From Scyliorhinus canicula (lineage: Eukaryota), in assembly GCF_902713615.1 (NCBI RefSeq), contig NC_052175.1, forward strand, positions 7,581,941 to 7,645,940: a DNA stretch of 64,000 nt, written 5' to 3'. This document shows positions 38,601 through 49,952 of this stretch, piece by piece. The position numbers and the translations under genes were made by a program. The notes beneath the pieces are model-generated. The model was given only the letters and a program-made list of their open reading frames with translations. It ran no database searches and had not been told where the DNA came from. The first letter of the stretch is position 1. Each line of letters starts with the position of its first letter.

Positions 38601-39303
38601 TGGTAAGATTCTTGGCAGTGTGGACGAGCAGAGAGATCTCGGTTTCCATGTCCATAGATCCCTGAAAGTTGCCGCCCAGGTTGAGAGGGTTGTTAAGAAG
38701 GCGTACGGTGTGTTAGCTTTTATTGGTAGAGGAATTGAGTTTCGGAGCCATGAGGTCATGTTGCAGTTGTACAAAACTCTGGTGCGGACGCAATTGGAGT
38801 ATTGTGTGCAGTTCTGTTCGCCACATTATAGGAAGGATGTGGAAGCATTGGAAAGGGAACAGAGGAGATTTACAAGAATGTTGCCAGGTATGGAGGGATG
38901 ATCATATGACGAAAGGGTGAAGGACTTGAGGCTGTTTTCGTTAGAGAGAAGAAGGTTAAATAGGGACTTAATTGTGGCATACAAGATGACCAGAGGATTA
39001 GATAGGGTGGACATCGAGAGCCTTTTTCCTCGGATGGTGACGTCCAGCAAGAGGGGACATAGCTTTAAATTGAGGTGAGATAGATATAGGACAGATTTTA
39101 GAGGTAGGTTCTTTACTCAGAGAGTAGTAAGGGCGTGGAATGCCCTGCCTGCAACAGTAGTGGACTCACCAACACTAAACGCATTCAAATGGTCATTGGA
39201 TAGGCATATGGACGATAAGGGACTTTAGAGGTGTTTCACAGGACGGTGCAGCATCGTGGGCCGAAGGGCCTGTGCTGCGCTGGAATGTTCTATGTTCTAT
39301 ATT
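35625..39303 (+). mobile_element. Near full-length degraded CR1 in the C1-TM intron
   Basis: ORF1 esterase (VIGDSIVR...NGLH) at 35930-36433, broken ORF2 at 36500-39200, tail at 39258-39303. Short CR1 and SINE fragments precede it at 34955-35620. Confidence 0.9.
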
Positions 39304-39433
39304 CTACCTCTGACATCTGTCCTATATCTGTCTCCCCTCAATTTAACGATTCACGAGGTCAATCCCACAGCTGAAGGGGTTGGATTACATGGAGGGGTTG
39401 AGTAGACTGCGACTGTATTCTTTGGAATCCATA

Positions 39434-39780
39434 GGGCAGCACGGTAGCATTGTTGATAGCACAAATGCTTCAAAGCTCCAGGGTCCCAGGTTCGATTCCC
39501 GGCTTGGGTCACTGTCAGTGAGGAGTCTGCACGTTCTCCCCGTGTGTGCGTGGGTTTCCTTCGGGTGCTCCGGTTTCCTCCCACAGTTCAAAGATGTGCA
39601 GGTTAGGTGGATTGGCATGCTAAATTGCCCTTAGTATCCAGAATTGCACTTAACGTTCGGTGGGGTTGCTGGATTATGGGGATAGGGTGGAGGTGTGGAC
39701 TTGGGTACGGTGCTCTTTCCAAGAGCCGGTGCAGACTCGATGGGCTGAATGGCCTCCTTCGGCACTGTACACTCTATGAA
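39434..39780 (+). repeat. V-SINE subfamily B
   Basis: gtagcattgttgatagc head and B tail. Confidence 0.85.
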
Positions 39781-39789
39781 ATCTATTAA

Positions 39790-40207
39790 ATTTAAAAGGA
39801 TGAGCGGGGATTTTACAGAAACATAAACAATTATGAAGGGAATAGATAGGACAGTTGCGGGCAGATTGTTTCCACTTGCGGGTGAAAGCAGAACGAGGGA
39901 GCATAGCCTCTAGTTCTGGGGAAGTAGATTTAGGGCTGAGATTAGGAGGAACTTTTTCACGCAAAGGGTTGTGAATCTATGGAATTCCTTGCCCAGTGAA
40001 GCAGTAGAGGCGCATTCATTAAATGTTTTTAAGATAAATATCGATAATGTTTTGAAGAATAATGGGGTTAAGGGTTATGGTGTTCTGGCCGGAAAGTGGA
40101 GCTGAGTCCACAAAAGTTCAGCCATGATCACATTGAATGGCGGAGCAGTCTCGAGGGGCTAGATGACCGACTCCTGCTCCTAGTTTTTATGTTCTTATGT
40201 TCTTATG
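39790..40207 (+). mobile_element. CR1 3' fragment, diverged relative of the young family
   Basis: Similar to 7545-7935. Confidence 0.8.
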
Positions 40208-41443
40208 TTAATCGATTAACCTCAGATGATGAATCTTTACAGAATTGGGATTGTAACAATTTGTGAAAGAAATGAGTGGCAACTTGGGGGTCTATCTGCA
40301 CAAATAGTTGAAGATGGAAGACGGTTAATAACTCACAGAGGATCCTGGACTTTCTAAATAACGACTCTGGGTCCATCCACTGAGCCAATGAGCAAATTTT
40401 GCAAAATTCTATTTAAACCTGATCAGTTACAAGCTCAGTGAATGTTCAGTTCAATGTGAGAGGGCTGTGGAATGAAAACAAGTAGTTGATGCTAAACCTT
40501 TGAATATATTCAAGAGGCGGCTAGGTATAACACTTGGGAATAATGTATTCAAAGGCTATGGGGCGAAAGCAGGATTAGGAAATCGAGTTAGATGATCAGC
40601 CATGATCGTGAGGAATGGCGGTTCAGGCTCGAAGGGCAAAAAGGCCTCTTCCTGCTCCTATCTTCTGTGATCTATGTAAAACATTGATGAATATAGTCCA
40701 CAGGTTGATGAACTTCGGTGAAATTAACCCATTTGAGAAACTGGAGCTTTTTTCTTTAACAAGGGAAGGTTGAGAGGAGAATTGAAAATCTGTTGAAAAT
40801 AACTTTTTCTCTGGACGGAGCAGATAGGAATAAACAATTTGCAATCGCAGAAGGACAGCGAACCATAGGTCGTGGGTAAAATTGACTGACCAAAAAGCGA
40901 CAGCGACAGGTTGATAATCACTTCTGGGAAGCGAGCAGTTACGATCCGAAATGCAAAACCTGGGATTGCACTTGAGGCAGATACACTCGAAGTTGTCAAC
41001 AGCGAAGCAGAAATTTATTTGAAGTGAAATAGTAATTCGCCATCGAGTGCAAAGACAGGCATGGGATTAAGTAAATTGGTGTTGCAGAGCGACGGCGAAT
41101 ATACGATGGGCTGAATGACTTCCGGTTGGGCTGTAATCATTCTACATACTACATAAAGCTTTGCAGATAGAATGAGCAACTGAAATGGATGCTAAAGGTC
41201 CTAAAATGCATTAGTCCCTTCATTAAATAGAGGACCGTGCTGGGACATTAGGGTGAATGCACATGAATCACTGGTTGGCCAAGTTAGGAGCGTTATCCTC
41301 AGCTGCCGGCACTATTTTCTTTGGGAGGAATGGCCGCAGAGGGAATGTGAAGTCGAATTATCAGAATGACACACTGGGAATGGGGAATATTAGTTAATGT
41401 GGAGAGAAGGTAAGAGCAGGGAATGTTCTTCTTCGAGGGGACA

Positions 41444-41772
41444 TAGAACATAGAACATAGAACATAGAACAGTACAGCACAGAACAGGCCCTTCGGCCCT
41501 CGATGTTGTGCCGAGCAATGATCACCCTACTTAAACCCACGTAACCCAACAATCCCCCCATTAACCTTACACTACTGGCAATTTAGCATGGCCAATCCAC
41601 CTAACCCGCACATCTTTGGACTGTGGGAGGAAACCGGAGCACCCGGAGGAAACCCATGCACACACGGGGAGGACGTGCAGACTCCACACAGACAGTGACC
41701 CAGCCGGGAATCGAACCTGGGACCCTGGAGCTGTGAAGCATTGATGCTAACCACCATGCTACCGTGAGGCCC
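41444..41772 (-). repeat. V-SINE subfamily A
   Basis: Consensus on the minus strand. Confidence 0.9.
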
Positions 41773-44700
41773 CTACATGTCGAGATTGTTATGGGAACGG
41801 CGTTTTCAGAACCCCAAAATGTATCATGGAGTTCAACCAGCCTCTCCCGTTAATGTATTGTTGCCACAAAACTTTTGCACAAAGGTTCGATCAAATCTAC
41901 TCATGCTAAGAAATCGCATTATTTCCCTTCGTCTTGAGGGTACCGGAAACTCCTCAAGGAAAGTAATTCGGGCATCTCCAAATTCACTTTCCGCTAGGTT
42001 CATCACCAAACCCGCCGCCTGAAGTCAATCGAAGAACTCGACACGATGTTTTAAATGTTCTTTCCACGTCTGGGAATTTGAAATAAAAGCAGAATATCCC
42101 ACATTCTCAATGCAATCCTTCAAACGTGGGATAGGGTAAGAGTCAGTTCTTGTAACTGCATTCACCTTTCTATAGTCCAGACACAACCGTTGGAATACAA
42201 CACTAGGTAATGCTTAATAACTTCCCAAACTACTTCCAGAAGACAAAAGAAACACCTTTTAACAGAATCACATTTTCTACAAATGCCTGTCGAAACCCCG
42301 CAGTCCATTGAAATTTTCAAATTCACTTTTGGCTAGGTTTATCAGCAAACCCGGCTCCTGAAGTCGATCGAATAACGCCATCAGATGTTTTAAATGTTCT
42401 GCCCATGTCTGGCTGAAAATTACCAGATCGTTGATGTGTACCGCACAATTGGGTAATCCTGAAACGAATTTGTTAGTTACCCGTTGAAATGTGGCTGGGG
42501 AGCTTTTCATGCCAAATGACAACCTTGAATTCCATCTGGAGTCACAAAAGTTGAAATCTCCTTCGCCCTTTCGGATGAAGGTACCTGCCAATAACCTTTA
42601 AGTAAATCCAATTTAGAAATAAAAACGGATTGTCCAACCTTTTCAATCCTCCAAACGTGGGATAGGATAAGTGTCCGTTCTTGTAACTGCATTAACCTTT
42701 CTATAGTCCACACATAACCGTTGGGTACCGTCTGGTTTAGGCGCCATCACTATGGGTGAGCTCAATTGGCTGCAACCCACTTCAATTATGCCATTTTAAA
42801 GCATATTCTCAATCTCGTTGTTAACCTGTGCCAATTTTAAAGGGTTAAGTCTATATAGATCTGGTTTCATTGGAACAGCATTTCCCACATCTCCATCATA
42901 TATAGCCATTTTAGTACTTCCCAATTTATCTCTACCAACTTGCCCATGTGATTTCAATAACTCTTTCAGATCTGTTCGTTTTTCCACTGGGAGGTAACTT
43001 AACAATTCATCCCACTTTTTAACAACATCCTCTTTTTCCAAATTAATTTGAGGTATGTCAATTTCACAGTCATCTGGATTTGGTTCGTCACTTTGAGTTA
43101 GAATCAATAAACCTTCCTTTTTCTCTACTTCCCTTTCAAAGTACGTTTTAAGCATACTCACATGACACACTCGGCGAGTCTTCCTTCTATCTAGTGTTTT
43201 TAACCACATAATTCACCTCACTTATTTGCTCTCAATCTGATACGGTCCACAAAACCTAGCTTTTAAAGGCTCACCAAACCACTGGTAACAACACTAAAAC
43301 TTGATCCCCACTGACAAAACTACGAACTTTGGATTTCTTGTCCGCTACCCGCTTCATTACATATTGTGCAACTTTCAAATGTTGTCTAGACAATTCATCT
43401 GCTCTATTTAATCGTTCCCTAATATTTGACACGTAATCTAACAGTGTAATTTCCGATTTCTCACCCACCAATTATTCCTCAATCAATTTAAGTGGTACTC
43501 TTACCTCATGACCAAAACTTAGTTCAAAAGGACTAAATTTGGTAGACTCATTAGGTGCATCCCGAATTGCAAACAATACGAATGGAATTCCTTTATTCCA
43601 ATCCTCTGGAAAATCTTGACCATACGCCCTCAACATTGTCTTTAATGTCTGATGCTACCTTTCTAATGCTCCTTGCGATTCTGGATGGGACGCAGTTGAT
43701 TTAAATTGTTTTGTTCCTAAGCTATCCATAACTTCTTTGAATAAATTTGAAGTAAAATTTGATCCTTGATCCGATTGAATTTCTGTGGGTAGTCCATATC
43801 TAGCAAATAATTGAAGTAACCCCTCCACAATCCTTTTAGGTGTAATAGTACGTACTGGAATGGCCTCTGGAAACCTAGTAGACACATCCATTACAGTCAA
43901 AAGATATGGATTGCATATTTTGTTTTCGGAAGCGGTTCGACACAATCGTTTAGTACCCTTGTAACAGGTTCCTCAAATGCTGGAATGGTTATTAAGGACG
44001 CTGGTTTTATCACTGGTTGGGGTTTCCCTATCACTTGACATGTGTGACGTGATGGACAAAATTCTAAGACATCTTTATGTATTCCAGACCAATAAGAATG
44101 TTTCTGGACTATAGCTTGAGTTTTCCTTATTCCCAAATGTCTTCCCACTGGTACCTCATGTGCAACACGTAACACCTCCTTTCTATATCCTACCGGCAAT
44201 ACTACTTGCTGAAATTCTGCCGACGTTTCATCCGCCTGCATATTTACAGGTCTCCATTTTCTCAGCAAGACATCATTTTTACGGTAATAACACTCTGGTA
44301 TACTCTCAGATTCCTCTTCCGTATATGCTTTCTGATATATCCGTTTTATTTGTACATCGTTCTGTTGTAACTCCGCCAATTTTCCTGAACTAAAAAGATC
44401 CGCCTCATCCTCCACCTTTACTTGGTCTTTTTCAACAATCTGATCAAAAATCGTTTCTGGCAATTGCACTTCATCTTGATCTTCACTCTTTGATTTATCC
44501 TCTTGACTTAACCTGTGACTTTGCGACCGGGTCACTACACAATCCGGAAAAATCCCAGGATATTCGTCCTTCAACGATTCAGTTGCCTGATTTTCCACTG
44601 GCTTATCAAGCACTGTAGGCTTCACGCCCACCTGCGATCCAGCTATATCATTACCCTAGATAAACTGTATTTCTGGACAAGATAGTTTATCTATTACTCC

Positions 44701-45302
44701 TACTGCCACTTCACCACTCTTCTCTGGAATTTCCAACCTTACTTTATATAATGGAACGTTACTCCTCCCACCCTGAATTCCACATGTCACCACCTTTTCT
44801 GGCAACATTCTTCCCAAACTACATAATTCCTCATCTCTTACCATTGAAGATTGACAAGCCCCTGTATCTCTTAAAATTGTGACTTCTTTACCTGCTCCTC
44901 CTGATACACATGAGTAAACTCTGCCCACACAAGTGAATTACTTAAAAACATCTGGCACCTTCTTTACAATTACTTCGTGAAGAGGCTGTACACTCGTTTG
45001 CCCCTCCTTCGCTTCCCTTGGGCTTTCCCTTACCACTCTAACAAATCCAACTGTCTGATCCGGTTTTCCCACATTAGCAGTCCAAGTGCATGTCTTCAAC
45101 CACCAAAACTGTGCCTTTGCATGGCCTTGTTTATTACAGTGAAAACATTTGAACCTTTTCTTTTCTTTTCCACCGTCCTGGATTTCTTTTAAAATCTGAG
45201 GTACACTCTCTTTATTGTCTCCCATCAGATCATCTTGACCTTTACCACTTGAGTATTTCTCATGCCCCCAGTTTCTATCCCTCACCAGCAGAAATTAATG
45301 TC

Positions 45303-46170
45303 AAAGAACAAAGAACAAAGAAAATTACAGCACAGGAACAGGCCATTCGGAACTTCCAGCCTGCGCCGATCCAGATCCTTTATCAAATCTGTTGCCTATT
45401 TCCCAAGGATCTACTTCCCTCTGTTCCCCGTCCGTTCATATATCTGTCCAGATGCATCTTAAATGATGCTATCGTGCCCGCCTCTACCACCTCCGCTGGC
45501 AAAGCGTTGCAGGCACCCACCACCCTCTGCGTAAAAACCTTTCCACGCACATCACCCTTAATCCTCCCCCCTCTCACCATGAAATCGTGACCCCTTCTAA
45601 TTGACACCCCCACTCATGGAAAAAAGCTTGTTGCCATCCAGCCTGTCTATACCTCTCAGAATGTTGTAGACCTCAATATGGTCCCCCTCCGTCTTTCCAA
45701 CGAAAGCAATCTTATTCTACTCAACTTTTCTTCGTACCTAGCACCGTCCATAACAGGCAACATCCCGGTGAACCTCCTCTGCACTCTCTCTCAAGCATCC
45801 ACGTCCTTCTTGTAATGTGGCGACCAGAACTGCACGCAGTATTCCAAATGTGGCCTAACCAAATTCCTATACAACTGTAACATGACCTGCAGACTCTTGT
45901 ATTCTGTACCCCGCCCGATGAAGGCAAGCATGCTGGCTGCCTTTTTGACCACTCTAACGACCTGCTTTGCTACCTTCAGGGTACAATGGACCTGAACTGC
46001 CAGATCTATCTGTTCATCAATGTTCCCCAGGACTCTTCCATTGACCATATAGTCCGTTATTGAATTAGATCTTACAAAATGCATCACTTCGCATTTGCCT
46101 GGATTGAACTCCATCTGCAATTTCTCTGCTCAACTCTGCAATCTAACTATATTTTGCTGTTCTCTGACAG
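45303..46170 (-). mobile_element. CR1 3' fragment inserted into the Gypsy gag
   Basis: QMEFNPGKC...PHLEYCVQFWSP and a (gaacaaa)n tail. Splits gag from the zinc knuckle. Confidence 0.88.
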
Positions 46171-47287
46171 AAGGCAATCTTTGATTTATGAACTAATTCA
46201 TAATCATCTGCCATTTCTCCTGCTAATCTCGCAGGTTTAACCCTCTGTTCTTCCTCATGAGTTCTCACTACTTCAGGAACTTCATCCAAAAGTATAATAT
46301 ATCTGAGAGCTTCATACGTTTGGTATATTTTCAATGCCCTTGTCCACTTATCAAAATTACTCTGTTTGAGCCTTTCAAACTCCATGTATGTTTGACCAAT
46401 TTTTCTCCTTAAATTTCTAAACGTTTGTCTGTAAGCTTCAGTCAATAGCTCATATGCACTTAAGATGGATTTCTTCACCTCTTCATACGTTCCAAATACC
46501 TCCTCCGGTAGTGATACATCACTTCATAAACTCTACGTACCAGCTTTGGTTGAATCAGTAACACCCAAATATCCTGTGGCCATTTCATTTGTTTAGCTAC
46601 AATCTCAAATGAAATGAGAAAGGCTTCCACTTCCTTCTCGTCAAACTTTGGTAATGCTTGGACATATTTAAATAGATTCCCACCAAGCCTTCAACTATTA
46701 CGCTCTTTTTCACTATCCTCATCAATATCATCCAACTGTACGTTTCCCTTTGTGTCTGCCTATTTTAATTGACTTTCATGTTTCATGGCCATTTTCTGAA
46801 TTTCAAACTCCCTCTCTTTATCTTTTTCCTTGATCTGTATCTCCCTTCCTTTTACTTTTTGTTCTGCTAGGGCTATTCTTTCTTTTCTCCTTTCGTCTCT
46901 CTTCTTTTCTTTCCCCTCTCTTTCGTATTCAAGTCGCTTTAGTTCTTTCTCATGTTCCATTTGTTTAATTTGGAACTGGATTTTTGCCATTTCCAAGGAG
47001 GCAGACACCTTCTCAGGCAACTTTAAATGCTTAACCACCACCATAATTGCCTGATAGTTTTGCATTTTGTCAGGTAATGTTAACTGCAATGTTTTTGCCA
47101 AATCTAACAGTCTGTTTTTCGTCTCTGTCCGTAAGGCACTGTTGTGATATTCTCCACACCCAAAAACTTCTGAGCTTCTGAAAAAGTCATTGTTCACAAC
47201 ACTCTCCCAACTTAAAGTAAAATACCACACCGGAAAATCAACAATCCTTCACTGTCTTTAATTTCACAAAAGCCAATAGTCTTTTTT

Positions 47288-47303
47288 CCGGCTCGAGCCC
47301 CCA
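47288..47303 (-). other. Primer-binding site, tRNA-Pro-like
   Basis: TGGGGGCTCGAGCCGG begins 2 nt after the LTR CA end. The first 10 nt match the tRNA-Pro PBS TGGGGGCTCGTCCGGGAT. Confidence 0.75.
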
Positions 47304-47971
47304 ATTGTTATGGTAGTGGCATTTTCAGAACCCCAAATGGTTTCCGAGAGTTCAACCAGCCTCTCTATTTAATGTATTTGTTGTTTTGAAGCACACGGCT
47401 TGGTCTCCAGGCGTCATATTACAATTATGGACACGTGGGGCAGTAAACACAAATCAATGAATATGCCATGAATTCAACTTAACCTTTTTAAATAAACATT
47501 GGATCCCTTAACTCCCCTTACTTGAAAGAGAACCCCGAAAATAATACAATACTATATAATCCCTCAAAATGTTCCTTGAAACCTCCAAAAGACTTAACAC
47601 ATTTAAACAGAAACACATCAGGTTAAACATTACTATTATGAGTTTAAGTCACTCAAATGACTGAGAGATAGTCTTCCCTGGCAGAGATCACCGCAGATCC
47701 AGCTCACTGCAAACACAGACACATTCAAGCTCTTTTCCTCAAAACTGAAACTAAAACTCCCAAAAAACAGAAGTGAGCTCAGCTGAACTACCCCCACCCT
47801 CTGTCATCACTTCAGTAATATGAGCTGCTTCATTTCTTAAAGGTACATTGCTTAAACATCCATTTCTTAAATATACTCTCACATGACAAATTCACTCGAA
47901 TTGTTCAGAAGCCTGATTTTTATCGGCTTGAGCGATAATAAAGAGAAACACGTTCCACGTAAAACCGGGTG

Positions 47972-48191
47972 TGGAGATGCCGGCGTTGGACTGGGGAGAG
48001 CACGGTAAGAAGTCTTACAATACCAGGTTAAAGTCCAACAGGTTTGTTTCAAACATTAGCTTTCGGAGCACTGGTCCTTCCTCAAGTGAAAGAGCACTGC
48101 TCCTTCAGCTGAGGAAGGAGCAGTGGTCCGAAAGCTAGTGTTTGAAACAAACCCGTTGGACTTTAACCTGGTGTTGGAAGACTTCTTACTG
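47972..48191. mobile_element. Penelope terminal-repeat hairpin with 12-bp TSD
   Basis: About 80-nt inverted arms, flanked by TAAAACCGGGTG at 47960-47971 and 48192-48203. Same sequence family as 59562-59690. Confidence 0.85.
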
Positions 48192-48755
48192 TAAAACCGG
48201 GTGGATAACCAGGGCGTCACATATTCAAGATTATTGGTGAAAATAATGTGACCAGATCCTTTTTTCACACTGTGGGGTTTGTGATCTAGAACACCATTAA
48301 AGGCTGTGTGAGCAGATTCAATAGTGTCAAAAGAAGATTGGGACTTATTCCATATTGGGAATAGTTTGGAATGTTATGGGTGAAACAGAAGGTTGAGTGT
48401 GGCAGACAATGAGCGAACATGGGCAGACATGAACGGGGAGCCGACTAGGTTCCATCTGGGAATTATCATTATATGATTCATATTTGAAACAAGACATTTC
48501 TATGATGTTTTCATCATACCTACTGTATGGTGGATATGGCACAACGCTGAGAGTGCTGTCAGGGCCATTGTATTAACTCGAAAAGATTGTGCAACTGATT
48601 TAATTCTGTCTGTTCAATTATCCGTCAAAATGATTTCATTTTCATTGACCCGCGATTTGTGACTCCAACGTTTTATCTTGGTCACTTTCGGCTTTTGAGA
48701 ATATCTGTAAAGAATGGTTTGATCAATGGCAATGGCTAATTGTTTTTTTTTATAG

Positions 48756-48857
48756 CATGGTGCAGTCTGCCGGTTCCTGTTGGCATTCCTGTCCTGGTGA
48801 TACTGGTTCTACTCGTGATTCTTATTTCCATTTGGCATTGTAAAAGTGGCAGATCCG
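48756..48857 (+). CDS. V-C1 receptor gene, exon 4 (transmembrane)
   Basis: Acceptor tttttttttatag, then (A)WCSLPVPVGIPVLVILVLLVILISIWHCKSGRS, then G|GTGAGG. Uncharged hydrophobic segment with basic stop-transfer. Phase 1-1. Confidence 0.85.
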
Positions 48858-48961
48858 GTGAGGATTAATAGTTATCAGGAACATTTGAATACTTGTTTAC
48901 CAACGTGAGTTCCTTCTCGGACGTTTTGATTAGCTTATTATAAATATGTTTTTTCTTTCAG

Positions 48962-48992
48962 AGGGCAGAGTCAAAGAATGCCACAATGAAAG
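48962..48992 (+). CDS. V-C1 receptor gene, exon 5 (cytoplasmic)
   Basis: Acceptor ttttctttcag, (E)GRVKECHNE, donor AG|GTGAGT. Phase 1 to 2. Confidence 0.7.
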
Positions 48993-49124
48993 GTGAGTTA
49001 CAAAATAAGTTACTAAGTGGATCATCGACCAACTTTCTTTGTTTTGCAAGGTGTTAAAGCTATTTCAAATAATGAATTCAAAACAATCTGCCAGTATTTT
49101 CAAAGAGTCTTAAAAAACTGCTGA

Positions 49125-49950
49125 AGAGTCCCTTCGGCCCATCGAGTCTGCACCGACACATCAGCACGTAATCCCCGTTGTTAGCATTTGGTCCACAGCC
49201 TTCAAAGTTATCATGCTCCAATTGCTCATCGACAAATATTTTACAAGATATGAGGCAACCCGCCTCAACCACTCTCGCAGGCAGGGCATTCCAGGCCGCT
49301 GCCACCCTCTGGGTAACAAGGTTTCCCCTCAAATCTGCTTTCAACCTCCTGCCACTCACCTTGAACTTGTATCCTCTCGTGACTGTCTCCAACTAATGGG
49401 AATAGCTGCTCCCTGTACACCCTGTCCATTCCCCTTATAACATAGAACATAGAACATAGAACAGTACAGCACAGGCCCTTCGGCCCTCGATGTTGTGCCG
49501 AGCAATGATCACCCTACTTAAACCCACGTAACCCGTATACCCGTAACCCAACAATCCCCCCATTAACCTTACACTACGGGCAACTTAGCATGGCCAATCC
49601 ACCTAACCCCGCACATCTTTGGACTGTGGGAGGAAACCGGAGCACCCGGAGGAAACCCACGCACACACGGGGAGGACGTGCAGACTCCACACAGACAGTG
49701 ACCCAGCCGGAAATCGAACCTGGGACCCTGGAGCTGTGAAGCATTGATGCTAACCACCATGCTACCGTGAGGCCCCTAACCTTGTACACTAACCATGTAC
49801 ACTTCGATCAGGTTGCCTCTCAGTCTTCTCGACTACACCGAAAATGACGCTACCCTTTCCAATCTCTCTTCATAACTTAAATGTTCCAACCTAGGAAACG
49901 TCCTGGTGAATCTCCTCTGCACCACCTCCAGTCCGATCACGTCCTTCCTA
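49125..49950 (-). mobile_element. CR1 3' fragment interrupted by a V-SINE A (49438-49776)
   Basis: CR1 RT C-terminus on both sides of a full SINE. Confidence 0.8.
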
Positions 49951-49952
49951 AT

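Larger units (their letters stand above)
41787..47888 (-). mobile_element. Degraded Gmr1-type Ty3/Gypsy LTR retrotransposon
   Basis: 5' LTR at 47306-47888 (TG...CA), PBS, gag at 47230-46143, CFHC knuckle, protease LRDTGA (44656-44928), integrase (44631-42796), then RT (LCVDYRK, LDLLKGYWQV). Truncated 3' LTR at 41787-41870. Confidence 0.9.
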
